Program-made: the position numbers and the translations under genes | Part shown: positions 6,876-14,908 of the stretch, piece by piece | Position numbering within the stretch: position 1 is the stretch's first letter | Layout: each line of letters begins with the position of its first letter | Virus record (IMG/VR): IMGVR_UViG_3300012940_000043 | Span: 1-45,352 of that record | DNA length: 45,352 bases | Source: a virus | Lineage: Duplodnaviria; Caudoviricetes | Reading direction: 5' to 3' (one strand) | The notes under the pieces: model-generated | Told to the model about the DNA's origin: nothing | What the model saw: only the letters and a program-made list of their open reading frames with translations | Databases searched by the model: none

Positions 6876-8551
6876 AGCGCCAGGACGAGCGTCCTCAGAG
6901 CGACCTCGTCCGCCACGAGCCGTGCCCATCCTGCGGGTCCAGGGACAACCTGGGCCGGTACAGCGACGGGCACGGCTGGTGCTTCGGCTGCAACTACTTC
7001 GAGCCGGGCGACGGGTCGCCTCCACCCCATACCGAGGAACCACGGAGGCGAATGGACCTCATCACCAACGGGGAGATCGTCCCGATCCCCCACCGCAATC
7101 TCACGCGGGAGACCTGTGAGAAGTACGGCTACCGCGTCGGCACCTTCGGGGCCGGCGTCTGCCACATAGCCCCGTACTGCGACGAGACCGGCCGGGTCAC
7201 CAAGCAGAAGATCAGGTTCAAGAACGACGCCGGGGAGAAGGACTTCCTGGTGACCGGCGACAAGGGCAACGACGCCCTGTTCGGTCAGCACCTCGCCCGC
7301 GACGCCGGCAAGATGATCGTGGTGACCGAGGGCGAGATCGACGCCATGTCGGTCTCCCAAGCCTTCGGCAATAGCTGGCCGGCGGTCTCCGTCCCGAACG
7401 GCGCGGCCGGCGCGCGTAAGGCACTCGCCAAGCACGTCGACTGGCTGGAGCGCTTCGAGCGCGTGGTCCTCTGCTTCGACATGGACGAGCCCGGCCGCAA
7501 GGCGGTCGAGGACTGCGTCAGCCTGTTCACCCCCGGCAAGCTGTTCATCGCCCGGCTCCCCCTCAAGGACGCCAACGAGATGCTCAAGGCGAACCGCTCG
7601 AAGGAGCTGGTGGACGCCATCTGGGGAGCCAAGGCGTATCGGCCGGACGGTATCCGCTCCGTTGCCGAGCTGAAGGAGAAGGCGCTGGCCCCGGCGAGTT
7701 ACGGCCTGCCCTGGCCCTGGCGCACCATGACCGAGCGGACCCGCGGCATCCAGCGCCACTATATGTACGGCTGGGGCGCGGGTGTCGGCACCGGCAAGAC
7801 CACGACCCTGAAGCAGCTCATGCTCGCCGCGATGCGGCCGGATACCATCGAGGACCAGGGGGACCTCCCCATCGTGATCCCCGAGCCCCGGCCGGTCGGC
7901 ACCATCCTGTTCGAGGAGAACCCCGCCAAGACCCTGCGGACCATCGCGGGGATGGCCATGGGTAAGCGCGTCAACGTCCCTGGAGTCGAGTACGACGAGG
8001 CCGAACTAGCCGCGACCATCGACAGTTTTGAGGGCCTGTTCTTCCCCGTCGATGTCTTCGGGGCAAAGGACTACGACACCATCCGGTCGCACATCCGGTT
8101 CCTCGTGCTGAGCGAGGGTGTGAAGGACCTGTTTCTCGACCCGCTCACGGCCCTCGTGGCCGGCGAGGAGGACGAGCGCCGGGCGCTGGACTACATCATG
8201 GCGGACCTGTCGGGCCTCGTGGAGACCCACGGGGTCACCCTTCACTACGTCAGCCACCTCACCACCCCCCAGGGCACAGCCCACGAGGAGGGCGGCCGGG
8301 TGCTGGAGAAGCACTTCACGGGCAGCCGCGCGCTGGCCCGCTGGTCTCACGCCCTCATCGGGCTTGAGCGCGACAAGCAGAACCCCGACGAGCCCACCGT
8401 CGTCCGCGGCCTGAAGGACCGCGAGTTCGGTGAGGCGGTCGGTCCCCTCCTGGGCCTGCAGTTCGACCGCGTGACCGGCCGCATGGTCGAGGTCCCGCTG
8501 GACGAGGAGCCGAGCCCGTTCAAAGACGAGAGCATCCACACTGACCTCTAG
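6872..8551 (+). CDS. gp4: DNA primase/helicase (T7 gp4-like)
   Basis: Cys4 zinc finger (CPSC...CFGC), TOPRIM (TEGEIDAMS, FDMDEPG), Walker A GAGVGTGKTT, SHL and FTGSR helicase motifs. Confidence 0.96.
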   Translation: MKRQDERPQSDLVRHEPCPSCGSRDNLGRYSDGHGWCFGCNYFEPGDGSPPPHTEEPRRRMDLITNGEIVPIPHRNLTRETCEKYGYRVGTFGAGVCHIAPYCDETGRVTKQKIRFKNDAGEKDFLVTGDKGNDALFGQHLARDAGKMIVVTEGEIDAMSVSQAFGNSWPAVSVPNGAAGARKALAKHVDWLERFERVVLCFDMDEPGRKAVEDCVSLFTPGKLFIARLPLKDANEMLKANRSKELVDAIWGAKAYRPDGIRSVAELKEKALAPASYGLPWPWRTMTERTRGIQRHYMYGWGAGVGTGKTTTLKQLMLAAMRPDTIEDQGDLPIVIPEPRPVGTILFEENPAKTLRTIAGMAMGKRVNVPGVEYDEAELAATIDSFEGLFFPVDVFGAKDYDTIRSHIRFLVLSEGVKDLFLDPLTALVAGEEDERRALDYIMADLSGLVETHGVTLHYVSHLTTPQGTAHEEGGRVLEKHFTGSRALARWSHALIGLERDKQNPDEPTVVRGLKDREFGEAVGPLLGLQFDRVTGRMVEVPLDEEPSPFKDESIHTDL

Positions 8552-8555
8552 CCTC

Positions 8556-9095
8556 ATGAGTACCCCGCCCCGCCTGAAGGTCGTGAACCTCTGGGCCGGG
8601 CCGGGGGCGGGCAAGTCGACCACCGCGGCCGAGCTGTTCGCCAAGATGAAGCACGCGGGCTACCGCGTGGAGCTGGTCACCGAGGAAGCCAAGGACCTGA
8701 CCTACGACGGCGACACCCGCCGGCTGGAGAACCAGCTCCTGCTCCTCGGCCGGCAGTACGACCGGCTCGACCGGATCGCCGGCCAAGTCGAATGGGCCAT
8801 CACCGACAGCCCGCTGCCCCTGGTGGTCGCCTATCTGAACCCCCGCTGGCGCACGCCGTCGTTTGTGGCCCTGGCCAGTGAGGCTTTCGGGCACTTCGAC
8901 AACCACGACTTCGTGATCCGCCGGGTCAAGACCTACCAGCCTTACGGCCGGCGGGAGAGCGAGGACGAGGCCCGAGAACTGGACCACCGCATCTCCGTGG
9001 TGGCCAGAGACTTCGTCGGTCCCGGCATCCGCGAGGTGACCGGCGACGCCACCGCCGCGGACACCATCCTGCGCCAGCTCAAGGGTGCAGTGTGA
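8556..9095 (+). CDS. P-loop NTPase / nucleotide-kinase-like protein
   Basis: NLWAGPGAGKST Walker A, ITDSP, and YQPYGR lid-like motif. Confidence 0.8.
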   Translation: MSTPPRLKVVNLWAGPGAGKSTTAAELFAKMKHAGYRVELVTEEAKDLTYDGDTRRLENQLLLLGRQYDRLDRIAGQVEWAITDSPLPLVVAYLNPRWRTPSFVALASEAFGHFDNHDFVIRRVKTYQPYGRRESEDEARELDHRISVVARDFVGPGIREVTGDATAADTILRQLKGAV

Positions 9096-9454
9096 GTGAG
9101 GTCCCCTACCTGGACGGTGCGTCACCCGTCGGCCCGCTCGGAATACCTGTCCTGCGGAAACGCTCGGCCTCGAAGTCTGCCACCGAGATACTCCGCACCG
9201 CCGCCAAGATCATGGAGGAGCGGGGCAAGACCTACGACCAACCGTCCGGCGAGCGGTCCATGGAGCGCACGGTGAAAGCCTTCAACGCCATCACCGGGCA
9301 GCACATGACGGAGGCCCAGGCGTGGCTGTTCATGCAGCTCCTGAAGGACGTCCGCCAGTGGCAGAAGCCGGGCTTCCACGAGGACAGCGCCGAGGACTGC
9401 GTCGCCTATGCGGCGCTCAAGGCCGAGTGTCTCGCCCGCGGCGGCCCGAAGTAA
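9092..9454 (+). CDS. Conserved phage protein (DUF6378-like helical protein)
   Basis: ERGKTY...FMQLLKDVR...HEDSAEDCVAYAAL pattern, GTGA overlap. Confidence 0.7.
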   Translation: MSEVPYLDGASPVGPLGIPVLRKRSASKSATEILRTAAKIMEERGKTYDQPSGERSMERTVKAFNAITGQHMTEAQAWLFMQLLKDVRQWQKPGFHEDSAEDCVAYAALKAECLARGGPK

Positions 9455-9482
9455 GGCCCACCCCCTAACCCCGAGGTAAAAC

Positions 9483-11390
9483 TTGCTCGTTTTCGACCTG
9501 GAGTCCGATAGGCTCCTGGCGGAGCTGACGCGCGTCCATTGCATCAACATCGTGGACCGGACGACGGGAGACCGTCTCCGGTTCAACGACGTGTTCGATG
9601 ACGCCGCCGGCTCTGTCGAGGCCGGCGTCCGCCTCCTCCAAGAGGCTGCCGATATCGGTGGCCACAACGTCATCGGGTTCGACATCCCGGCCATCCAGAA
9701 GGTGTACCCGTGGTTCAACCCGAAGGGGCGAGTGCGGGACTCCATGGTCGAGGCCCGCCTGATTTGGACCACCATCGCCGACGTCGACCACAAGGCGGTG
9801 AAGCAGGGCAAGCGCCCCCGGCAGTTCCTCCAGGAGGGACTACTCGGCACCCACAAGCTGGCCGCCTGGGGCTACCGGCTCGGCGAATACAAAGGCGACT
9901 TCAAGGGTCCCTGGGACACGTTCACCCGAGAGATGGACGACTACTGCGCCCAGGACGTGGAAGTCACCGTCAAGCTGTTCGACCTCATCGACAGCAAGGG
10001 ATACCCGAAGGAGCCACTGGAGCTGGAGACCGCGGTCGCCTGGATACTTGCGCTGCAGGAGCGGCACGGGTTCCTGTTCGACCGGGCGAAGGCCGAGGAC
10101 CTACTCCAGAAGTTGATGCTCCGCCGGGCCGAGCTGGAGGATCAGCTCCGCACCGTATTCCGTCCCTGGTACGAGCCCGAGCGATACAAGGGCGAGCCCG
10201 TCGTCCTGGTCCCTAAGACCGACAACCGCAAGCTCGGCTACGTCAAGGACGCCCCGCTCACCAAGGTTGTCCTGCAGACCTTCAACCCCGCCTCCCGGCA
10301 GATGATCTCCTCCCGGATGGCCGCCCTGTTCGGGTGGAAGCCAGTGGAGTTCACGCCGAGCGGGCAGGCGAAGGTGGACGAAACCACCCTGGCCGGTCTC
10401 GACTATCCCGAAGCCAAGCTCCTGGTGGACTACCTCACGGTCGACAAGCGGCTGGGCCAACTGGCCGAGGGCGACCAAGCGTGGCTGAAGCTGGTCGGCG
10501 CGGACGGGCGCATCCACGGCCGGGTGAACCCTATGGGGACCATCACCCACCGGATGTCCCACATGACGCCGAACATGGCCCAGGTCCCGGCCTGCAGCGC
10601 GCCCTACGGGGAGGAGTGCCGGGAGTTGTTCACCGTCCCACCCGGCTACGATCTCGTGGGCGTGGACGCCGAGGGCGTACAGCTCCGGGGGCTCGGTCAC
10701 TACATGGCCCGGTTCGACGGCGGAGCGTTCGCCGAGGCGGTCGCCAACGGCGACAAGAAGAAGGGCACCGACGCCCACACGATCAATCAGAAGATCATCG
10801 GCCTGAACCTTCGGGACTCGGCCAAGACCTGGATTTACGCCTACCTCCTGGGGGCCGGCGGCTGGAAGCTCGGCTCCATCTGCTACGACGACTTCACGGA
10901 CGAGCAGCGCGCCACGTTCAACCGCCGCTACCCGCCAGGCGACGCCCGAGACGAGGCGTTCGTCCGCCTCGGCAACAAGGCCAAGCGGAAGATCGAGGCC
11001 GGCCTGCCGGCGCTCCGCGCTCTCCAGGACTTGATCCAGGAGAAGGCGAAGCGCGGCTACATCAAGGGCCTGGACGGGCGGATCGTGATGATCCGGTCGC
11101 TGCACTCGGCGCTCGCGTCGGTGCTCCAGTCCTACGAGGCCGTCATCATGAAGCGCGCCCTGGTGCTCGCGCACCGGGAGTTCCTCTCCCTGGGCTGGGT
11201 CCATGGAGTGGACTTCGCCTGGGTCGCCAACGTCCACGACGAGTTCCAAATCGAAGTAAAGACTGAGCTTGCTGAAGAAGCCGGCCGCATCGCGGCTAGG
11301 GCCATCCAGGAAGCGGGCCGTATCTACGGATCGCGATGCCCGCTCGCGGGTGAATACAAGCGGGGTCGCAACTGGCGCGACACCCACTGA
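9483..11390 (+). CDS. gp5: Family A DNA polymerase (T7 gp5-like) with 3'-5' exonuclease
   Basis: ExoI FDLES, GHNVIGFD, YCAQDV. Polymerase motifs DAEGVQLR, RDSAKTWIY, NVHDE. Confidence 0.96.
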   Translation: MLVFDLESDRLLAELTRVHCINIVDRTTGDRLRFNDVFDDAAGSVEAGVRLLQEAADIGGHNVIGFDIPAIQKVYPWFNPKGRVRDSMVEARLIWTTIADVDHKAVKQGKRPRQFLQEGLLGTHKLAAWGYRLGEYKGDFKGPWDTFTREMDDYCAQDVEVTVKLFDLIDSKGYPKEPLELETAVAWILALQERHGFLFDRAKAEDLLQKLMLRRAELEDQLRTVFRPWYEPERYKGEPVVLVPKTDNRKLGYVKDAPLTKVVLQTFNPASRQMISSRMAALFGWKPVEFTPSGQAKVDETTLAGLDYPEAKLLVDYLTVDKRLGQLAEGDQAWLKLVGADGRIHGRVNPMGTITHRMSHMTPNMAQVPACSAPYGEECRELFTVPPGYDLVGVDAEGVQLRGLGHYMARFDGGAFAEAVANGDKKKGTDAHTINQKIIGLNLRDSAKTWIYAYLLGAGGWKLGSICYDDFTDEQRATFNRRYPPGDARDEAFVRLGNKAKRKIEAGLPALRALQDLIQEKAKRGYIKGLDGRIVMIRSLHSALASVLQSYEAVIMKRALVLAHREFLSLGWVHGVDFAWVANVHDEFQIEVKTELAEEAGRIAARAIQEAGRIYGSRCPLAGEYKRGRNWRDTH

Positions 11391-11403
11391 TCCCCGGCGG
11401 AAG

Positions 11404-11742
11404 ATGCTGGACAACGCCCGGCAGCGCGCACGCAAGGCCGGCGTCCCGTGCAACATCTCCCTCACGGACCTCGTGATCCCCTCCCATTGCCCCGCCCTGG
11501 GCATTCCGCTGCGCCCCAAACCGGGGAAGCGCGGGGGAGGGGACAACTCCCCATCGCTCGACCGCATCCGGCCCGAGCTGGGCTACGTCCCCGGCAACGT
11601 CATCGTCGTCTCGCGCCGGGCGAACCGCATCAAGAACGACGCCACCATCGAAGAATTAGAGGCCATCGCTGACTTCTACCGCATCGGGCTCAAGCCCCAG
11701 CGGCCTGGCCGGCGGACCCGCTCGCGGCGGGACCCCGCTTAG
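11404..11742 (+). CDS. HNH-like endonuclease
   Basis: CPALG...SPSLDRIRPELGYVPGNVIVVSRRANRIK pattern typical of phage HNH nucleases. Start uncertain. Confidence 0.8.
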   Translation: MLDNARQRARKAGVPCNISLTDLVIPSHCPALGIPLRPKPGKRGGGDNSPSLDRIRPELGYVPGNVIVVSRRANRIKNDATIEELEAIADFYRIGLKPQRPGRRTRSRRDPA

Positions 11743-11977
11743 CCGCGCTTCGAGGTTCATCCTCGACCTGTTCACCACCAAGGACGGCACCAGCGGCGAC
11801 CTCGGCCGAGTCCTCTGGGCGCTCGCCGTCGTGGCGTTCCTCGCCCTGGCCGGCTGGGCCGTCATCAAGAACCGCGAACACTTCGACCCGGTCGCCATGG
11901 GCACCGGCATCGCCGCCGTCCTCGCCGCTGGCGGGGCGGCCCTCGCCATGAAGCACAAGACGGAGCCCGACGAATGA
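11705..11977 (+). CDS. Holin-like membrane protein (2 TM) with no canonical start codon, not in the ORF track
   Basis: Frame reads ...FILDLFTTKDGTSGDLGRVLWALAVVAFLALAGWAVIKNREHFDPVAMGTGIAAVLAAGGAALAMKHKTEPDE*, with an ATGA overlap into the spanin. The start is tentatively placed at an in-frame CTG. Confidence 0.6.
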   Translation: MAGGPARGGTPLSRASRFILDLFTTKDGTSGDLGRVLWALAVVAFLALAGWAVIKNREHFDPVAMGTGIAAVLAAGGAALAMKHKTEPDE

Positions 11978-12342
11978 TCGAGCCTGTCCTCGGGACCATC
12001 TTCAAGGTGTCCCGAGCCGTCGCCCCTGAGCTGGGCCTAGCCCTCGTGGCGGCGCTCGCCGCCCTCGGGATCACCCGCGCAGACCTTTCGCACACCCGCA
12101 AGGCCCTCACCGAGACCCAGCACGAGCTGGCCGCGGTGACCGCCCAGCGGGACCTGTACGTGACCGAGAGCGCCCGGCGGGAGGCCGACGCGAAGGCGGC
12201 CCAGGCCGCCGCCGAGGCGTCCGCCAAGGCCGCCCACTCGGCCTCCCAGGCCGTGCTCAACGCCAAGCCCACCAACCCCGCCGACCTCTGCGCGTCAGCC
12301 CAGGCGCTGATCCGTGAGGTCCGGCAGCAGGAATCCCAGTGA
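11974..12342 (+). CDS. Putative i-spanin (Rz-like)
   Basis: N-terminal hydrophobic segment, Ala-rich coiled coil, C-terminal Cys, next to a lipoprotein and a lysozyme. Confidence 0.7.
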   Translation: MIEPVLGTIFKVSRAVAPELGLALVAALAALGITRADLSHTRKALTETQHELAAVTAQRDLYVTESARREADAKAAQAAAEASAKAAHSASQAVLNAKPTNPADLCASAQALIREVRQQESQ

Positions 12343-12518
12343 GTCCCGACGACGACATCCAGGACGACGAGCCGGCCATCATCTTCGGGATGACCCTGCC
12401 GGTCGCCGAGACGGTGGCCCTAGCCATCCTCACCAACCCCGCAGCCTCCGACAAGGCGCGCGAGTTCGCCAACGACCTCCACGAGCTGACGGTCGGTAGG
12501 CAGGGAGGCGTCAATTGA
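12339..12518 (+). CDS. Hypothetical protein (59 aa, MSPDDDIQDDEPAIIFG...)
   Basis: GTGA overlap upstream and TGATG overlap downstream. Confidence 0.6.
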   Translation: MSPDDDIQDDEPAIIFGMTLPVAETVALAILTNPAASDKAREFANDLHELTVGRQGGVN

Positions 12519-12775
12519 TGCTCTCCGCTCGCATCATCGGGACCATCCTCGGGATGGTCCTGGGGGTCTCCGCCTGCGCCTCGCGGAGCGAGCCCCCGCC
12601 GCAGCCCATCGTGGTGCCCTGCCACACCAAGGAGGTGAAGCGCCCTAGCTTCCCGTTCGACGCCTTACCCCTCGACGCGGACATCTTCACCCAGACCAAG
12701 ACCCTGCTGGCCGACCGCAAGGAGCGCCAGGGGTACGAAGCCAAGCTCGAAGCCGCCAATGAGGCGTGCCGATGA
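12518..12775 (+). CDS. Putative o-spanin lipoprotein (Rz1-like)
   Basis: Signal peptide with lipobox VSAC, Pro-rich linker, GGAGG RBS. Confidence 0.75.
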   Translation: MLSARIIGTILGMVLGVSACASRSEPPPQPIVVPCHTKEVKRPSFPFDALPLDADIFTQTKTLLADRKERQGYEAKLEAANEACR

Positions 12776-13233
12776 CAACCCCCTCCCTGCGGGCGACCAT
12801 CCGTCGCCACGAGGGGGTCCGCCGGAAAGCCTACAAGGACAGCCGAGGCATCTGGACCATCGGCTGCGGGCATAACCTTCAGTGCGACCCCGAGCTGTTC
12901 CCACAGCTCCGCCACCTCATTGATGTCGGGATCACCGACACCCAGATCGACGCCCTTCTCGACCACGACATCGCCAACGCCGAGCACCAGCTCGACCTCT
13001 ACCTGCCCTGGTGGCGGCACCTCGATAACGTCCGTCAGGACGTGATGGTCAACATGGCGTTCAACCTCGGCATCCAGAAGCTGCTGGGGTTCCACAACAC
13101 CCTCGCGGCCATCCACGACGGCCGGTACGCCGACGCCGCCAAGGGCATGGCCCAGTCCTTGTGGGACCATCAGGTCGGCGAGCGGGCTGACGAGCTGGAG
13201 GCCATGATGGCCACCGGGAGGCTGCAGCATTGA
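12772..13233 (+). CDS. Endolysin, T4-type/GH24 lysozyme
   Basis: RRHEGVRRKAYKDSRGIWTIG catalytic E-X8-D-X5-T motif and NMAFNLG. Confidence 0.9.
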   Translation: MTTPSLRATIRRHEGVRRKAYKDSRGIWTIGCGHNLQCDPELFPQLRHLIDVGITDTQIDALLDHDIANAEHQLDLYLPWWRHLDNVRQDVMVNMAFNLGIQKLLGFHNTLAAIHDGRYADAAKGMAQSLWDHQVGERADELEAMMATGRLQH

Positions 13234-13445
13234 GGCCCGGCACAAAGCTGGGCGGCAGGGTGGACACAGCCTCCGGTGACTATGTCAGGGTCATCGGCCC
13301 GGTGAACGACTGGCGCTGCGATGTCCCCGTCTACCACTATCACCTGAAGAGGGGCGACCGGCACGCTTCCTTCTGGTTGTCCAGTGACTGTCCGTTGGAG
13401 ACCGTCGCGGACACCGTCCGTGGAGTATGGGAGTCCCTCGCATGA
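13230..13445 (+). CDS. Hypothetical protein (71 aa)
   Basis: TTGA and ATGA overlaps on the two sides, GGGAGG RBS. Confidence 0.6.
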   Translation: MRPGTKLGGRVDTASGDYVRVIGPVNDWRCDVPVYHYHLKRGDRHASFWLSSDCPLETVADTVRGVWESLA

Positions 13446-14260
13446 GGACCCTCCTGCTCGACGCCGACGCCCTGGCCTACCGCGCCTCGGTCGTCCACCA
13501 GCGGGAGTACCAGTGGGACGAGGACGCCCCGCCCTCCCTGGTCACCGACCCAGAGGACGCCCGCCAGCAAGTCCGGGACGAGATCGACCGCTACATGGCC
13601 GAACTGGAGGCGGACAGGTTCATCATCTGCCTCTCCGACGACCTCCGGTGCTTCCGCAAGGAGCTGGTCGACCAGACCTACAAGGCGAACCGGAAGACCG
13701 TCGAACGCCCGGCCATGCTCTACGAGCTGAAGGGCTGGATGCGCGAGCGGTTCCCCTCCGATCTCCGCCCCCTGCTGGAGGCGGACGACGTCATGGGCAT
13801 CCTCGCCAGCGAGCCCACGCCGGGCGAGGAGCGCATCATCGTGTCCGAGGACAAGGACATGCTCACCATCCCCGGCTTCGTCTACCGCCGGGGCAAGCTC
13901 CGCTACGTGACCCAAGCGAACGCCGACCGCTGGCATCTGATGCAGACCCTGATGGGCGACAAGGTCGACGGCTATCCCGGCTGCCCCGGCGTCGGGGAGA
14001 AGACCGCGGCCGAGCGCCTGGACGCCCTCCTGGGCGTCGAGAGCTACGAGCACGAGTTCACCCGCGGCCCCCGCAAGGGCACCACCGAGACCCGCTGGCG
14101 GGACGTGCAGATGGAGAGGCCCTGGGACGTGGTCGTGAGCCTGTTCCTGAAGGCAGGGAAGACCCCCAGGGATGCTCTTGCCCAGGCCCGCCTCGCCCGC
14201 ATTCTGCGGTTCGGTGAGTGGAACGGACGGCCCCATCTGTGGACCCCGCCGGCCTCCTGA
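13442..14260 (+). CDS. gp6: 5'-3' exonuclease (T7 gp6-like)
   Basis: LLDADALAY, YKANR, LEADDVMG, SEDKD, GDKVDGYPGCPGVG motifs. Confidence 0.93.
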   Translation: MRTLLLDADALAYRASVVHQREYQWDEDAPPSLVTDPEDARQQVRDEIDRYMAELEADRFIICLSDDLRCFRKELVDQTYKANRKTVERPAMLYELKGWMRERFPSDLRPLLEADDVMGILASEPTPGEERIIVSEDKDMLTIPGFVYRRGKLRYVTQANADRWHLMQTLMGDKVDGYPGCPGVGEKTAAERLDALLGVESYEHEFTRGPRKGTTETRWRDVQMERPWDVVVSLFLKAGKTPRDALAQARLARILRFGEWNGRPHLWTPPAS

Positions 14261-14277
14261 ATTGTGTCGGACCCTTG
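14259..14277 (+). promoter_or_regulatory. Putative phage RNAP promoter, copy 3 (structural genes; phi6.5-like position)
   Basis: Exact 19-bp repeat (23 bp shared with copy 1) at the boundary between replication and structural genes. Confidence 0.72.
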
Positions 14278-14324
14278 GAGCCCGCAGGGGGCCAACACAC
14301 TGGTTCTCTCCGAATACCCCCTAA

Positions 14325-14386
14325 GGACCCCTCAGGCATTATCCCTTGGCCGCGTGCAGTTAGGCCCCTGAGGGGTCCCTCTTTTT
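14325..14386 (+). other. 12-bp inverted repeat (RNase III-like processing stem or terminator)
   Basis: GGACCCCTCAGG (14325-14336) and CCTGAGGGGTCC (14367-14378), followed by CTCTTTTT. Confidence 0.5.
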
Positions 14387-14396
14387 GGACACCCTG

Positions 14397-14597
14397 ATGG
14401 CCTCACGTGTTTTCCCCCGCACCCCCGAGCAGTTCTTGGAGGAGCTTGAGCGCCGAGCGCCCGAGCCCCGCCCAGGTCCCGAGCAGAGCATCGAGCAGAT
14501 CATGTTCGAGGCCGGCCGGCGCAGCATCGCCCGGGAGATGCGGGACCTGTATCACCTGACCCGTAAGAGAGACCTGGACGACATTGTGCCTCTTTAA
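14397..14597 (+). CDS. Hypothetical protein (gp6.5-like position)
   Basis: LEELERRAPE...IMFEAGRRS pattern is common upstream of T7-like portals. Confidence 0.7.
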   Translation: MASRVFPRTPEQFLEELERRAPEPRPGPEQSIEQIMFEAGRRSIAREMRDLYHLTRKRDLDDIVPL

Positions 14598-14904
14598 GAC
14601 CCCGAAGGTTCAGCCGGTCGGGGCAGATGCGAAGGACCTCCCCGTCGTTCGTAACCCTCTGCTCGACGGGTTGGACCCTATCCTCAGAGCCCGGTCCCAG
14701 GGGCTGTCACGTCTGCGGATCGACCGCGGGACGCGCCGCCCGAGCTACACCGGGGCAGTGATCGCTCCCCCGACGCAAGCTAGCTCGGGCATCACCCTCC
14801 GCTCGCCGCAGCTCCCCGTCTCGCAGCAGACTGGGATCACCATCAACCCAGCTACCCAAGTGGCGAATGCGTTCGCTCAGCAGAAGCTCGGCTCCCTGAA
14901 CTAG
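14584..14904 (+). CDS. Small virion protein (gp6.7/gp7.3-like)
   Basis: MCLFKTPKV N-terminus and GLSRLRI motif, immediately upstream of the portal. Confidence 0.7.
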   Translation: MCLFKTPKVQPVGADAKDLPVVRNPLLDGLDPILRARSQGLSRLRIDRGTRRPSYTGAVIAPPTQASSGITLRSPQLPVSQQTGITINPATQVANAFAQQKLGSLN

Positions 14905-14908
14905 CAAC

